Positions 27,539-35,136 of a DNA stretch of 64,000 nt are shown in pieces. The notes beneath the pieces are model-generated. The model was not told where the DNA came from, searched no databases, and saw only the letters and a program-made list of their open reading frames with translations. Position 1 is the first letter of the stretch; every line of letters starts with the position of its first letter. This stretch comes from Aggregatilineales bacterium (GTDB taxonomy: Bacteria > Chloroflexota > Anaerolineae > Aggregatilineales > Phototrophicaceae). The stretch spans positions 2,504,488 through 2,568,487 of the forward strand of contig OY760098.2 of assembly GCA_963663065.2 (NCBI GenBank), in the 5' to 3' direction. The position numbers were made by a program, and so were the translations under genes.

Positions 27539-27629
27539 GGAGAGGTGCCAGAGTGGTTGATTGGGGCCGCCTGCTAAGCGGTTGTACCTGTCAAGGGTAC
27601 CGCAGGTTCGAATCCTGTCCTCTCCGCCA
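27539..27629 (+). tRNA. tRNA-Ser (anticodon GCU)
   Basis: Same acceptor stem and T-arm as the first tRNA, anticodon loop CT-GCT-AA, long variable arm, and an encoded CCA. Confidence 0.9.
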
Positions 27630-27662
27630 CGGTGTATTGCAAGTTGCTCGCAAGGAGCGCAA

Positions 27663-28076
27663 TTGAGCGAAAAGATCGCCATACAAGCGACGGTCGAGGC
27701 GCCGAGGGAGCGCGTTTGGCGGCTTTGGAACGATCCAGAGCATATCACCCAGTGGAACTTCGCCACGGATGACTGGCACTGCCCCAGCGCGGAAAACGAT
27801 ATCCGGGTTGGCGGCCGGCTTCTGTGGCGCATGGAATCCATAGACGGCAGCTTCGGTTTCGACTTTGAGGGCGTCTACGACGAAGTGATTGCCGGGAGCC
27901 GCCTGGCGTTCACCATGCCAGATGGCCGCCTGGTAGAGATGACCTTTGAAGATCTGGGCGGCTCCACCAGAATTGGCACAGTCTTTGACGCCGAATCAGA
28001 ACACCCCGCCGAGATGCAGCGGGCCGGCTGGCAAGCCATCCTCAACAACTTCAAGCGCCATGCCGAATCCAGCTAA
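27663..28076 (+). CDS. SRPBCC-fold protein (AHSA1/START-like)
   Basis: The ORF track start at 27561 lies inside the tRNA. A TTG at 27663 follows an AAGGAG RBS. The protein (SEKIAIQATVEAPRERVWRLWNDPEHITQWN...) resembles the Activator-of-Hsp90-ATPase-like SRPBCC family. Confidence 0.7.
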   Translation: MSEKIAIQATVEAPRERVWRLWNDPEHITQWNFATDDWHCPSAENDIRVGGRLLWRMESIDGSFGFDFEGVYDEVIAGSRLAFTMPDGRLVEMTFEDLGGSTRIGTVFDAESEHPAEMQRAGWQAILNNFKRHAESS

Positions 28077-28106
28077 GGCTGGCCGCATATCTGATCCGCG
28101 CTCGCA

Positions 28107-29300
28107 ATGAAAATTATCGGTTTGATGTCAGGCACATCGGCGGATGGCGTTGATGTGGCGATCTGCGAGATCACTGGCGCGCCGGGCGATTTGGCTCTCA
28201 GCCTGCTGCATGGCGAAACCCGCGAATATGACAGGTCCATGCGCCAGCGGATCCTGGATTGCTGCGATCCGGAGAAGAGCGGCGTCGAGGCGATTGCCGC
28301 GCTTAATGTTGATCTGGCGCAAGTCTTCGCCGAATCCACGCTGGCAACCTTGCATAACGCTGGCATAAGCGCCCGGGACATCGACCTGGTCGGCTCGCAT
28401 GGGCAGACGCTTTGGCACAATGTCATGCCGAGCGGGCGAGTCAGCGCATCCTTGCAGATCGGCGAAGCCGCAGTCATCGCCGAGCGCCTGGGCATCACGA
28501 CCATCAGCAATTTTCGCGCTCGCGATATCGCCGCTGGCGGGCAGGGCGCGCCCTTGACCAGTTATGTCGATTGGCTGCTGCTCCGCCATCCCCGTCATTG
28601 GCGGGCGATTCAAAATATCGGCGGCATGGGCAACGTGACCTTTCTGCCGCCGCTGGCTGATGATACGGCGCTTCCAGTCGCCTTTGATACGGGACCGGGC
28701 AATGCCCTGCTCGATATCGCTGCCCACACGTTGACGGATGGCGCCTGGAAATTCGACCGCGATGGCGCGCTGGCCAGGCAGGGGCGAGTCGATGAAGAGT
28801 GGCTGGATGACCTGCTGAGCCATCCTTATTATGCGCGCGATTACCCCAAGACGACCGGGCGCGAGACCTTTGGCACAGCCGCGGCGCGCAACTTGATAGT
28901 AGAGGCGCGTGAACGCGGGCTGGCGGACGGCGAGATCATCGCCACGCTTACCGCGCTGACAGCCAGCAACATCGCCGATGCTTATCAGCGTTTCGCCCCA
29001 GCGCCAATCCAGGAAGTCATACTGGGCGGCGGCGGCCGGCGCAATCCGGTCATCGTGGGAATGCTGCGCGATCTGCTGGCTCCGGCGCATGTACTGACGC
29101 ATGAAGACATCGGCATGGACAGCGATTTCAAGGAAGCGCTGGTCTTCGCCGCGCTGGCGCATGAAAGCTGGCATGGCCGAGAGGCTGCCTTGCCCGCCTT
29201 AACCGGAGCGCGCCACCCGACCGTGCTGGGCAATATCACGCCCGGCGACAATTATGCCGAGCTCGCGCGCAAGACCTGGCAGGCTAGCCGACCCGCTTGA
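28107..29300 (+). CDS. anmK: Anhydro-N-acetylmuramic acid kinase
   Basis: 397 aa. The N-terminus MKIIGLMSGTSADGVDVAI is diagnostic. Confidence 0.9.
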   Translation: MKIIGLMSGTSADGVDVAICEITGAPGDLALSLLHGETREYDRSMRQRILDCCDPEKSGVEAIAALNVDLAQVFAESTLATLHNAGISARDIDLVGSHGQTLWHNVMPSGRVSASLQIGEAAVIAERLGITTISNFRARDIAAGGQGAPLTSYVDWLLLRHPRHWRAIQNIGGMGNVTFLPPLADDTALPVAFDTGPGNALLDIAAHTLTDGAWKFDRDGALARQGRVDEEWLDDLLSHPYYARDYPKTTGRETFGTAAARNLIVEARERGLADGEIIATLTALTASNIADAYQRFAPAPIQEVILGGGGRRNPVIVGMLRDLLAPAHVLTHEDIGMDSDFKEALVFAALAHESWHGREAALPALTGARHPTVLGNITPGDNYAELARKTWQASRPA

Positions 29301-30138
29301 GCTTGCCCGCGCGCTTGGCGTAGTTTTCAGCGGCCACGAATGCTCGCAAGCCCAAAGGCAAAGCCACCGCGCCAAGCGCCAGCAAGGGCAGGATGTATTG
29401 CGCCATATCGCTGGTGGGAGCGCCATCGAGAACCGCCGCCCGCGTGCCATCCAGAACATAAGTCACCGGCGAGACGCGAGCGATGGTTTCCATCCAATCG
29501 GGCAAGACGCTGATGGGATAATAGACGCCAGAGATCAACAGAAATGAGGCTTCGACCACGTTTGTCATCTGCGCTCCGCGTTCCGGATACAACAGGGGCA
29601 GGATGCTGGCTACTATGCCGATTGCCACCAGCGACAGGCTGCCCGCCAGGATGACCGCCGCCGCGCCGACAAGGTTGGCGTTAGACAAATCCAGTTCGAA
29701 GAATAGCGCCATGGCGATGCCGATGATCAGGGTTGAGATCATGCCGTAGGTCAAAGAATAGGCGGTCTGCCCCACGAGATGCACCCAGCGATGCACCGGC
29801 GCCATGAGCGTGTATTCGATCGTGCCTTCCCAGCGCTCCCAGGCGATGACTTCGCTGGTCAGGATGAATATGGCGGACAGATAGCGCCAGACCAGCGTGC
29901 CGATGATGAGGTACATGGTCAGATACTGGACATCGAAGCCGACGGCTTGCCCGGTCAAAGCTTCCGCGCCCTGGGCGATGAACACGACAGAAAGGCCGCT
30001 GGTCAACGAATAGAAAAACCAGACCACTTCCCAGCCCCAGTAGCGCCGGGTCAGATGCCAGTTGCGCGCCAGGAAAGCATAGGTTTGCAGAGCATTCAGC
30101 CGCGCCGCGCCGAAACCTCGCATCAGGATTTTGGGCAT
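29284..30138 (-). CDS. ABC-2 type exporter permease
   Basis: 284 aa with about 6 TM helices, immediately downstream of an ABC ATPase. Confidence 0.75.
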   Translation of the reverse strand: MPKILMRGFGAARLNALQTYAFLARNWHLTRRYWGWEVVWFFYSLTSGLSVVFIAQGAEALTGQAVGFDVQYLTMYLIIGTLVWRYLSAIFILTSEVIAWERWEGTIEYTLMAPVHRWVHLVGQTAYSLTYGMISTLIIGIAMALFFELDLSNANLVGAAAVILAGSLSLVAIGIVASILPLLYPERGAQMTNVVEASFLLISGVYYPISVLPDWMETIARVSPVTYVLDGTRAAVLDGAPTSDMAQYILPLLALGAVALPLGLRAFVAAENYAKRAGKLKRVG

Positions 30139-30150
30139 CTCGCTTCCCCG

Positions 30151-31056
30151 TTAGCTCGCTGGCTGGTCTTCGGCGATGTCTTCATCGGTCAATGGCTCGC
30201 CGGTGAGGTGAATGAAGACTTCTTCCAGGCTGGGCAGCTTGCCATTCCCGCCGATGCCGCGTTTGAGTTCGTCGGGTTTTCCCGCCGCCACCAGCTTGCC
30301 GTTGTGAATGACGGCTACGCGGTCGCACAAGAGATCGGCTTCTTCCATATCGTGCGTGGTTATCAAGATTGTCGCGTCATGCGAATCGCGCAGTTCTTCG
30401 ATGAAGGCGCGCACATCTCGCTTGGAGCGGGGATCCAAGCCCGTTGTCGGTTCATCCAGCAGCAGCAAAATCGGCGATGTCAGGAAGGCGCGGGCGATGG
30501 CGACTTTCTGCTGCATGCCGCGGCTCATCTCTTCCATGGGTTCGCTGAATGTCGAGCGCTTCAAACCCAGCCGCCCCATGATTTCATAGGCTTTGACCGT
30601 GGCTTGCGGACCGGTCACGCCATAGAGTCGCGCGCCATAGAGCAGGTTCTCCATCGGGCTGAGTTTCTTGAAAAAGGCGGCATCCACCGAAACGCGGCTG
30701 ATGAGCTGCTTGACGCCCATTTCGTCGTCCGCAATGTCGATGCCGAAGACCTTGGCGCTGCCCCGGTCGGCTTTCAGCAGTGTGGATATCAGCCGGATCA
30801 AGGTCGATTTGCCGGAGCCATTGGGTCCCAGGATGCCGAAGATTTCGCCACGAGTCACCACGAAGCTGACATGATCGACAGCGGCGATGGTCTGCTTGGC
30901 GCCGCTCTCGACGGCGGGCAGCGCGCCGGGCAAGGGCAAGCGCGTCTTTGCGCCAAACAAGCGCTTCCAAAAAGGCGGCTTTGGCAGATGAAAATACTTG
31001 GTTATGCTATCGACAGCCAGAGCCTGCTGCGGGTCTGGCAGCGCATTCGCCGCCAC
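30151..31056 (-). CDS. ABC transporter ATP-binding protein (DrrA-like)
   Basis: Walker A GPNGSGKST, signature MSRGMQQK and Walker B LLLLDEPTTGLD. Confidence 0.9.
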   Translation of the reverse strand: MAANALPDPQQALAVDSITKYFHLPKPPFWKRLFGAKTRLPLPGALPAVESGAKQTIAAVDHVSFVVTRGEIFGILGPNGSGKSTLIRLISTLLKADRGSAKVFGIDIADDEMGVKQLISRVSVDAAFFKKLSPMENLLYGARLYGVTGPQATVKAYEIMGRLGLKRSTFSEPMEEMSRGMQQKVAIARAFLTSPILLLLDEPTTGLDPRSKRDVRAFIEELRDSHDATILITTHDMEEADLLCDRVAVIHNGKLVAAGKPDELKRGIGGNGKLPSLEEVFIHLTGEPLTDEDIAEDQPAS

Positions 31057-31194
31057 AATTCACTCCTGCTTGCGTCTTCGCACTAATGGTATTAGGTTTT
31101 GCGCTGGGCGCGATTGCGCATTGTAATCTTGGCAAGCGCAATCGAACAGGTCAAAGGCTCTAGCGGGCAATCGCGACATCAGGCAAGGCGGCGG

Positions 31195-31389
31195 CAGGGC
31201 AATCGCACCAAATTGGAACGCCGTTGATATGGGACAGAATTCCCCCAAAATATGTCATCCGTAGGGGCGAGCCGGTGGCTCGTCCCGCGAATGTTCTGGT
31301 CAACACATGGGCGGGTCACCGACCAGCCCCTACGAAAACCGTCGTTTGCGCGCAGAACGGGGCATAGTGATTTTGATGCGATTGCCCTG
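31195..31389. mobile_element. MITE-like non-coding element, short copy (195 bp)
   Basis: Same 12-bp terminal inverted repeats as the long copy (31195-31206 / 31378-31389). It has the same 54-55 nt distance from the left end to TAGGGGCG and a similar ~34-nt right subterminal sequence (AACGGGGCATAGTGATTTTGATGCGATTGCCCTG). Internally it carries an inverted pair of GTAGGGGC units (31261-31288 / 31305-31333). Confidence 0.5.
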
Positions 31390-31473
31390 ATGGCTGCCGC
31401 TTTCAGCGTGGAATTCTCGCCTTGTCTGCGTTACACTTAGGCTCAGGCGGAAGTCATTCTCGGGGCGCGAGGC

Positions 31474-32022
31474 ATGAGCGACTCTTTGGCTTTAGACAGC
31501 TACCCCTTTGCGATAGGCGACTTTGATCCGGCTGTCGACACCATCACATCGGAGCTTGTCGATCCTGCGCAAAGCCCGGCTGATCGGTCGGTCGCGCGGC
31601 GCGCAAGCCTGCAGATTCTCTATGAATTGGACACCACCGATCATCCTCTGGCTGAAACTTTGGAAGCCCATTTTGCCGAACGCCCGGAAGCCTACGCCGT
31701 GCGCCAGCATATCCGCCGATTCGTGGAAGGCGTCATCGCCAAGCGCGCCACCATAGACAGCATCCTGCAAGAGTTCGCGCCGGAATGGCCCGTAGATCAA
31801 GTGGCTGTGATTGACCGCAACATTCTGCGCATCGCCATCTACGAATTCTTGTTGCAGAAGCGGCGCACGCCAGTGCCCGTCATCATCAACGAGGCGGTGC
31901 GCCTGGCGCAGATATTTGGCGCGGAGAACGCTCACAGCTTCGTGCATGGCGTCATCGGCGCGATTACCGCGGAGCTGGAGCCGCTGCTGCATCGCTCGCC
32001 AGAAGAGGCGGAGGCTCTATGA
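31474..32022 (+). CDS. nusB: Transcription antitermination factor NusB (with ~40-aa N-terminal extension)
   Basis: 182 aa. ARRASLQILYELD... and IDRNILRIAIYE...INEAVRLAQIFG match NusB. Confidence 0.85.
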   Translation: MSDSLALDSYPFAIGDFDPAVDTITSELVDPAQSPADRSVARRASLQILYELDTTDHPLAETLEAHFAERPEAYAVRQHIRRFVEGVIAKRATIDSILQEFAPEWPVDQVAVIDRNILRIAIYEFLLQKRRTPVPVIINEAVRLAQIFGAENAHSFVHGVIGAITAELEPLLHRSPEEAEAL

Positions 32023-32540
32023 ACTTCCTCGGCATCGGCGCATGGGAGCTGGTGGCCATCCTGCTCATCATGCTGGTCTTCGCGGGTCCAAAGCGCATGA
32101 TTCACTGGTCTTATGTGTTGGGCCAGCACGTCGCCAAATTCCGCAAAATCTGGTCAGAAACCGTTGACTTGGTGCAAAAGGAATTTGACGATGCCGGCGT
32201 CGGCATCCAGCTGCCCAAGGAGCCGCCGACGCGCCAGAGCCTCAATCGCTCGGTCAGCGAAGCCGTGAAGCCGATAACCAAGCCCGTGCAAGACACGCTT
32301 GGCGAAGTGCAGAAGGATCTGGATTCTGTCAAAGAAGTCAGCGATACGCTCAACCAAAAGTCAACGCCAGCCACTCCCAAGCAAGCCAAGCCGAAAGAGG
32401 CGCCCAAGACGGCTAGCCCCCCCGAGCCGGTAGCCATGGGGGCCTGGAGCGGGCTTGATCCCAATGCCGGGTCCAACGGCAGCGGGGCAAACCTGGGCAG
32501 TTGGTCGCGCCGAGCCCGGGACAAGTCGACCGCATCATGA
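32019..32540 (+). CDS. Twin-arginine translocase TatA/TatB family protein (TatB-like length)
   Basis: Starts MNFLGIGAWELVAILLIMLVFAGPKR, followed by an amphipathic helix and a long Pro/Lys-rich tail. The start overlaps the nusB stop (ATGA). Confidence 0.85.
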   Translation: MNFLGIGAWELVAILLIMLVFAGPKRMIHWSYVLGQHVAKFRKIWSETVDLVQKEFDDAGVGIQLPKEPPTRQSLNRSVSEAVKPITKPVQDTLGEVQKDLDSVKEVSDTLNQKSTPATPKQAKPKEAPKTASPPEPVAMGAWSGLDPNAGSNGSGANLGSWSRRARDKSTAS

Positions 32541-33316
32541 CCGAAGTTGCCGACATAGAGGCGCTCGAAGATGGCCATTCCCTGCGCATGGGTTTGTTCG
32601 AGCATCTCGATGAGTTGCGCCAGCGCCTGACCCGGGCGGTATTTTCTCTGGTCGCGGGCACGGTTATCGGCGTCTTTTTCACCGACCGCGTCTTGATGCT
32701 GCTGCAGGAACCCTATTGCCGCATCCCCAGCGTCAACAACTGCGAACTCATCATCCTCGACCCGACAGGCAACATCCTCATCTATTTCAAAGTGGCGCTG
32801 ATGGTGGGCGGGATATTGGCGATCCCGATGGTCACCTATCAGCTGCTCATGTTCATCCTGCCGGGTTTGACGCGTAAGGAGAAGCGCTACGTCCTGCTTT
32901 CGATTCCCGCCACGACCGCGCTCTTCATCGTGGGGGTCTTCTTCGCCTGGCGGATTCTCATGCCGCCCGCGCTCGGTTTCCTCAGCGAATTCCAGGCGCA
33001 GATCTTCGAGCCGGAATGGACGGCTGATGGCTATATCAGCTTCGTCACATCGCTGCTTTTCTGGATGGGCGTGGCTTTCCAAACGCCGCTGATCTTCTTC
33101 TTGATTTCGCTTTTGGGGCTGGTCAGCGCCCGCACCTTGGTCCGTCAGTGGCGCATCGCCATCGTTGGCGCATCCATCGCCGCCGCCTTGATCACGCCGA
33201 CAATCGATCCGGTCAACATGTTCCTGGTCATGGCGCCGCTGCTGACGCTCTATGCCTTGAGCATCGTGCTGGTCTTTTTCGGTCGCAAGCTGTCCGGCAT
33301 CGACCGCAAAGAGTGA
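32537..33316 (+). CDS. tatC: Twin-arginine translocase subunit TatC
   Basis: ATG at 32537 overlaps the upstream stop (ATGA). The protein has MGLFEHLDELRQRL and six TM helices typical of TatC. Confidence 0.9.
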   Translation: MTEVADIEALEDGHSLRMGLFEHLDELRQRLTRAVFSLVAGTVIGVFFTDRVLMLLQEPYCRIPSVNNCELIILDPTGNILIYFKVALMVGGILAIPMVTYQLLMFILPGLTRKEKRYVLLSIPATTALFIVGVFFAWRILMPPALGFLSEFQAQIFEPEWTADGYISFVTSLLFWMGVAFQTPLIFFLISLLGLVSARTLVRQWRIAIVGASIAAALITPTIDPVNMFLVMAPLLTLYALSIVLVFFGRKLSGIDRKE

Positions 33317-33408
33317 TATTCCGCTAACTTCCTTTTCCTGGCTGTGCTACACTATCGCCGCTTTGCACATAGAGGCTGAGCCGAGCCTGCGCATAACTGG
33401 AGAGGTAC

Positions 33409-35130
33409 ATGAGCATCGAAAAAGCCGGATTGATCGAGCCTTATGGTGGCGAACTGGTGGATTTGCTGACGCCGCGGCGGGCGCTGCTGGAGCGAGCGGC
33501 TTATGCCAATACGCTGCCCTCACTTCAGGTCAGCGCGCGCGTCGTCTGTGATCTTGAGCTGCTGGCGGTTGGCGCTTTTTCGCCCCTGCGCGGCTTCATG
33601 AACGCGGCTGACTTTCAGAGCGCCCTGGATTCCAAGCGGCTGGCTGATGGCAGGCTCTTCCCCATGCCGATCACGCTGCCCGTTGAGCCGCGCCAAGAGC
33701 TTGAGCCGGGCATGGACATCGCGCTGCGGGACAGCCGCAACAATATCCTGGCCATCCAAACAATCGAGGAGATCTACCCTTGGGACATGGAGGAGATGGC
33801 GCACAAGGTCTTCGGCAAATATGACCCGCGCCATCCCATCATCGCTGAGATGCACCGCTGGGGCAAAGTCAATATCGCGGGTCAACTCGAGGTTTTGCAG
33901 CTGCCGCCGCATCTGGATTTTGCGGAGTTGCGGCGGACGCCAGCCCAGACGCGCCAGGTCCTCGAAAGTTATGGGCATGACAACGTGGTGGCCTTCCAGA
34001 CGCGCAACCCCCTGCACCGCGTCCACGAAGCCTTGACCAAGCGCGCCGCAGCCAATGTCGATGGCGTGCTGCTGCTGCATCCTGTCGTGGGCATGACCCA
34101 GCCGGGCGATGTCGATCATTATACGCGCGTCCGCGTCTACAAGACCTTGATCGACAATTATTACGCGGATGACCGCAGCCTGCTCTCGCTGCTGCCGCTG
34201 GCCATGCGCATGGCGGGACCGCGCGAGGCGGTTTGGCATGCCATCATTCGGCGGAATTATGGCGCCAATCATTTCATCGTTGGCCGCGATCATGCCGGCC
34301 CGGGCGCGGATTCGCGGGGCCAGCCATTCTATGGTCCTTATGAGGCTCAGGACTTGCTGGTGGAATATGCTGATGAAATTGGCGTGCAGCCCGTGCCCTT
34401 CACCGAGATGGTCTACCTGGAAGATGAAGACCGCTATGAAGAGAGCGCCAAGCTCCCGCATGGCGCCAAAACGCGCAAGATATCGGGGACGCAGGTGCGC
34501 GAGGACTACCTGGGCAAGGGGGTTCCGCTGCCGGCTTGGTTCTCCCGCCCGGAGGTCGCGGGCATCCTCGCTGACAGTTATCCGCCGCCCCACCGCCGCG
34601 GTTTCTGCCTCTGGCTCACAGGTTTGAGCGGCTCCGGCAAGTCCACGACAGCTGAGCATATCGTCAATCTGCTGCTGGAAAAGGGCCGCAGCGCGACCCT
34701 GCTGGATGGCGATGTCGTGCGCACGCACCTCTCCAAAGGGCTGGGCTTCAGCAAAGAGGATCGCGATACGAATATCCGCCGCATCGGCTACGTGGCCAGC
34801 GAAATCGTCCGGCATGGCGGCATAGTGATCTGCGCAGCCATCAGCCCTTATCGCGCGACTCGGCAGGATGTGCGCAACCTGGTCGGCGAGGGCTTCCTGG
34901 AGATTCACATGGCGACGCCGCTCGCATACGTGGAGGCGCATGACGTCAAGGGATTGTACGCCAAGGCGCGGCGCGGCGAAATCAAGGGATTTACGGGCAT
35001 TGACGATCCCTATGAGACGCCCCTGAACCCCGAATTCATGCTGACGGCTGAAGGCAGAACTGCGGAAGACAACGCTCGGTTCATCGTGAACGAACTCATG
35101 GCGCTGGGCTTCCTGCGCGCGGATGATTGA
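33409..35130 (+). CDS. sat: Bifunctional sulfate adenylyltransferase / adenylylsulfate kinase
   Basis: 573 aa. The ATP sulfurylase part has QTRNPLHRVHE and GANHFIVGRDHAG. The C-terminal APS kinase part has LTGLSGSGKST. Confidence 0.9.
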   Translation: MSIEKAGLIEPYGGELVDLLTPRRALLERAAYANTLPSLQVSARVVCDLELLAVGAFSPLRGFMNAADFQSALDSKRLADGRLFPMPITLPVEPRQELEPGMDIALRDSRNNILAIQTIEEIYPWDMEEMAHKVFGKYDPRHPIIAEMHRWGKVNIAGQLEVLQLPPHLDFAELRRTPAQTRQVLESYGHDNVVAFQTRNPLHRVHEALTKRAAANVDGVLLLHPVVGMTQPGDVDHYTRVRVYKTLIDNYYADDRSLLSLLPLAMRMAGPREAVWHAIIRRNYGANHFIVGRDHAGPGADSRGQPFYGPYEAQDLLVEYADEIGVQPVPFTEMVYLEDEDRYEESAKLPHGAKTRKISGTQVREDYLGKGVPLPAWFSRPEVAGILADSYPPPHRRGFCLWLTGLSGSGKSTTAEHIVNLLLEKGRSATLLDGDVVRTHLSKGLGFSKEDRDTNIRRIGYVASEIVRHGGIVICAAISPYRATRQDVRNLVGEGFLEIHMATPLAYVEAHDVKGLYAKARRGEIKGFTGIDDPYETPLNPEFMLTAEGRTAEDNARFIVNELMALGFLRADD

Positions 35131-35136
35131 AGGTTC

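Noticed and set aside
27419-31056. A genomic island or prophage integrated at the tRNA-Ser genes.
   Set aside because: There is no integrase, no duplicated tRNA 3' end downstream, and the downstream genes (SRPBCC, anmK, ABC exporter) are ordinary and host-like in composition.
31252-31440. 62-aa ORF (MSSVGASRWLVP...), plus ORFs 27082..27462 and 27098..27376.
   Set aside because: They lie inside the palindromic / MITE-like repeats, and one overlaps a tRNA gene. VGASRWLVP-type peptides are what GTAGGGGCGAGCC-type palindromes translate to. No coding signal is present.
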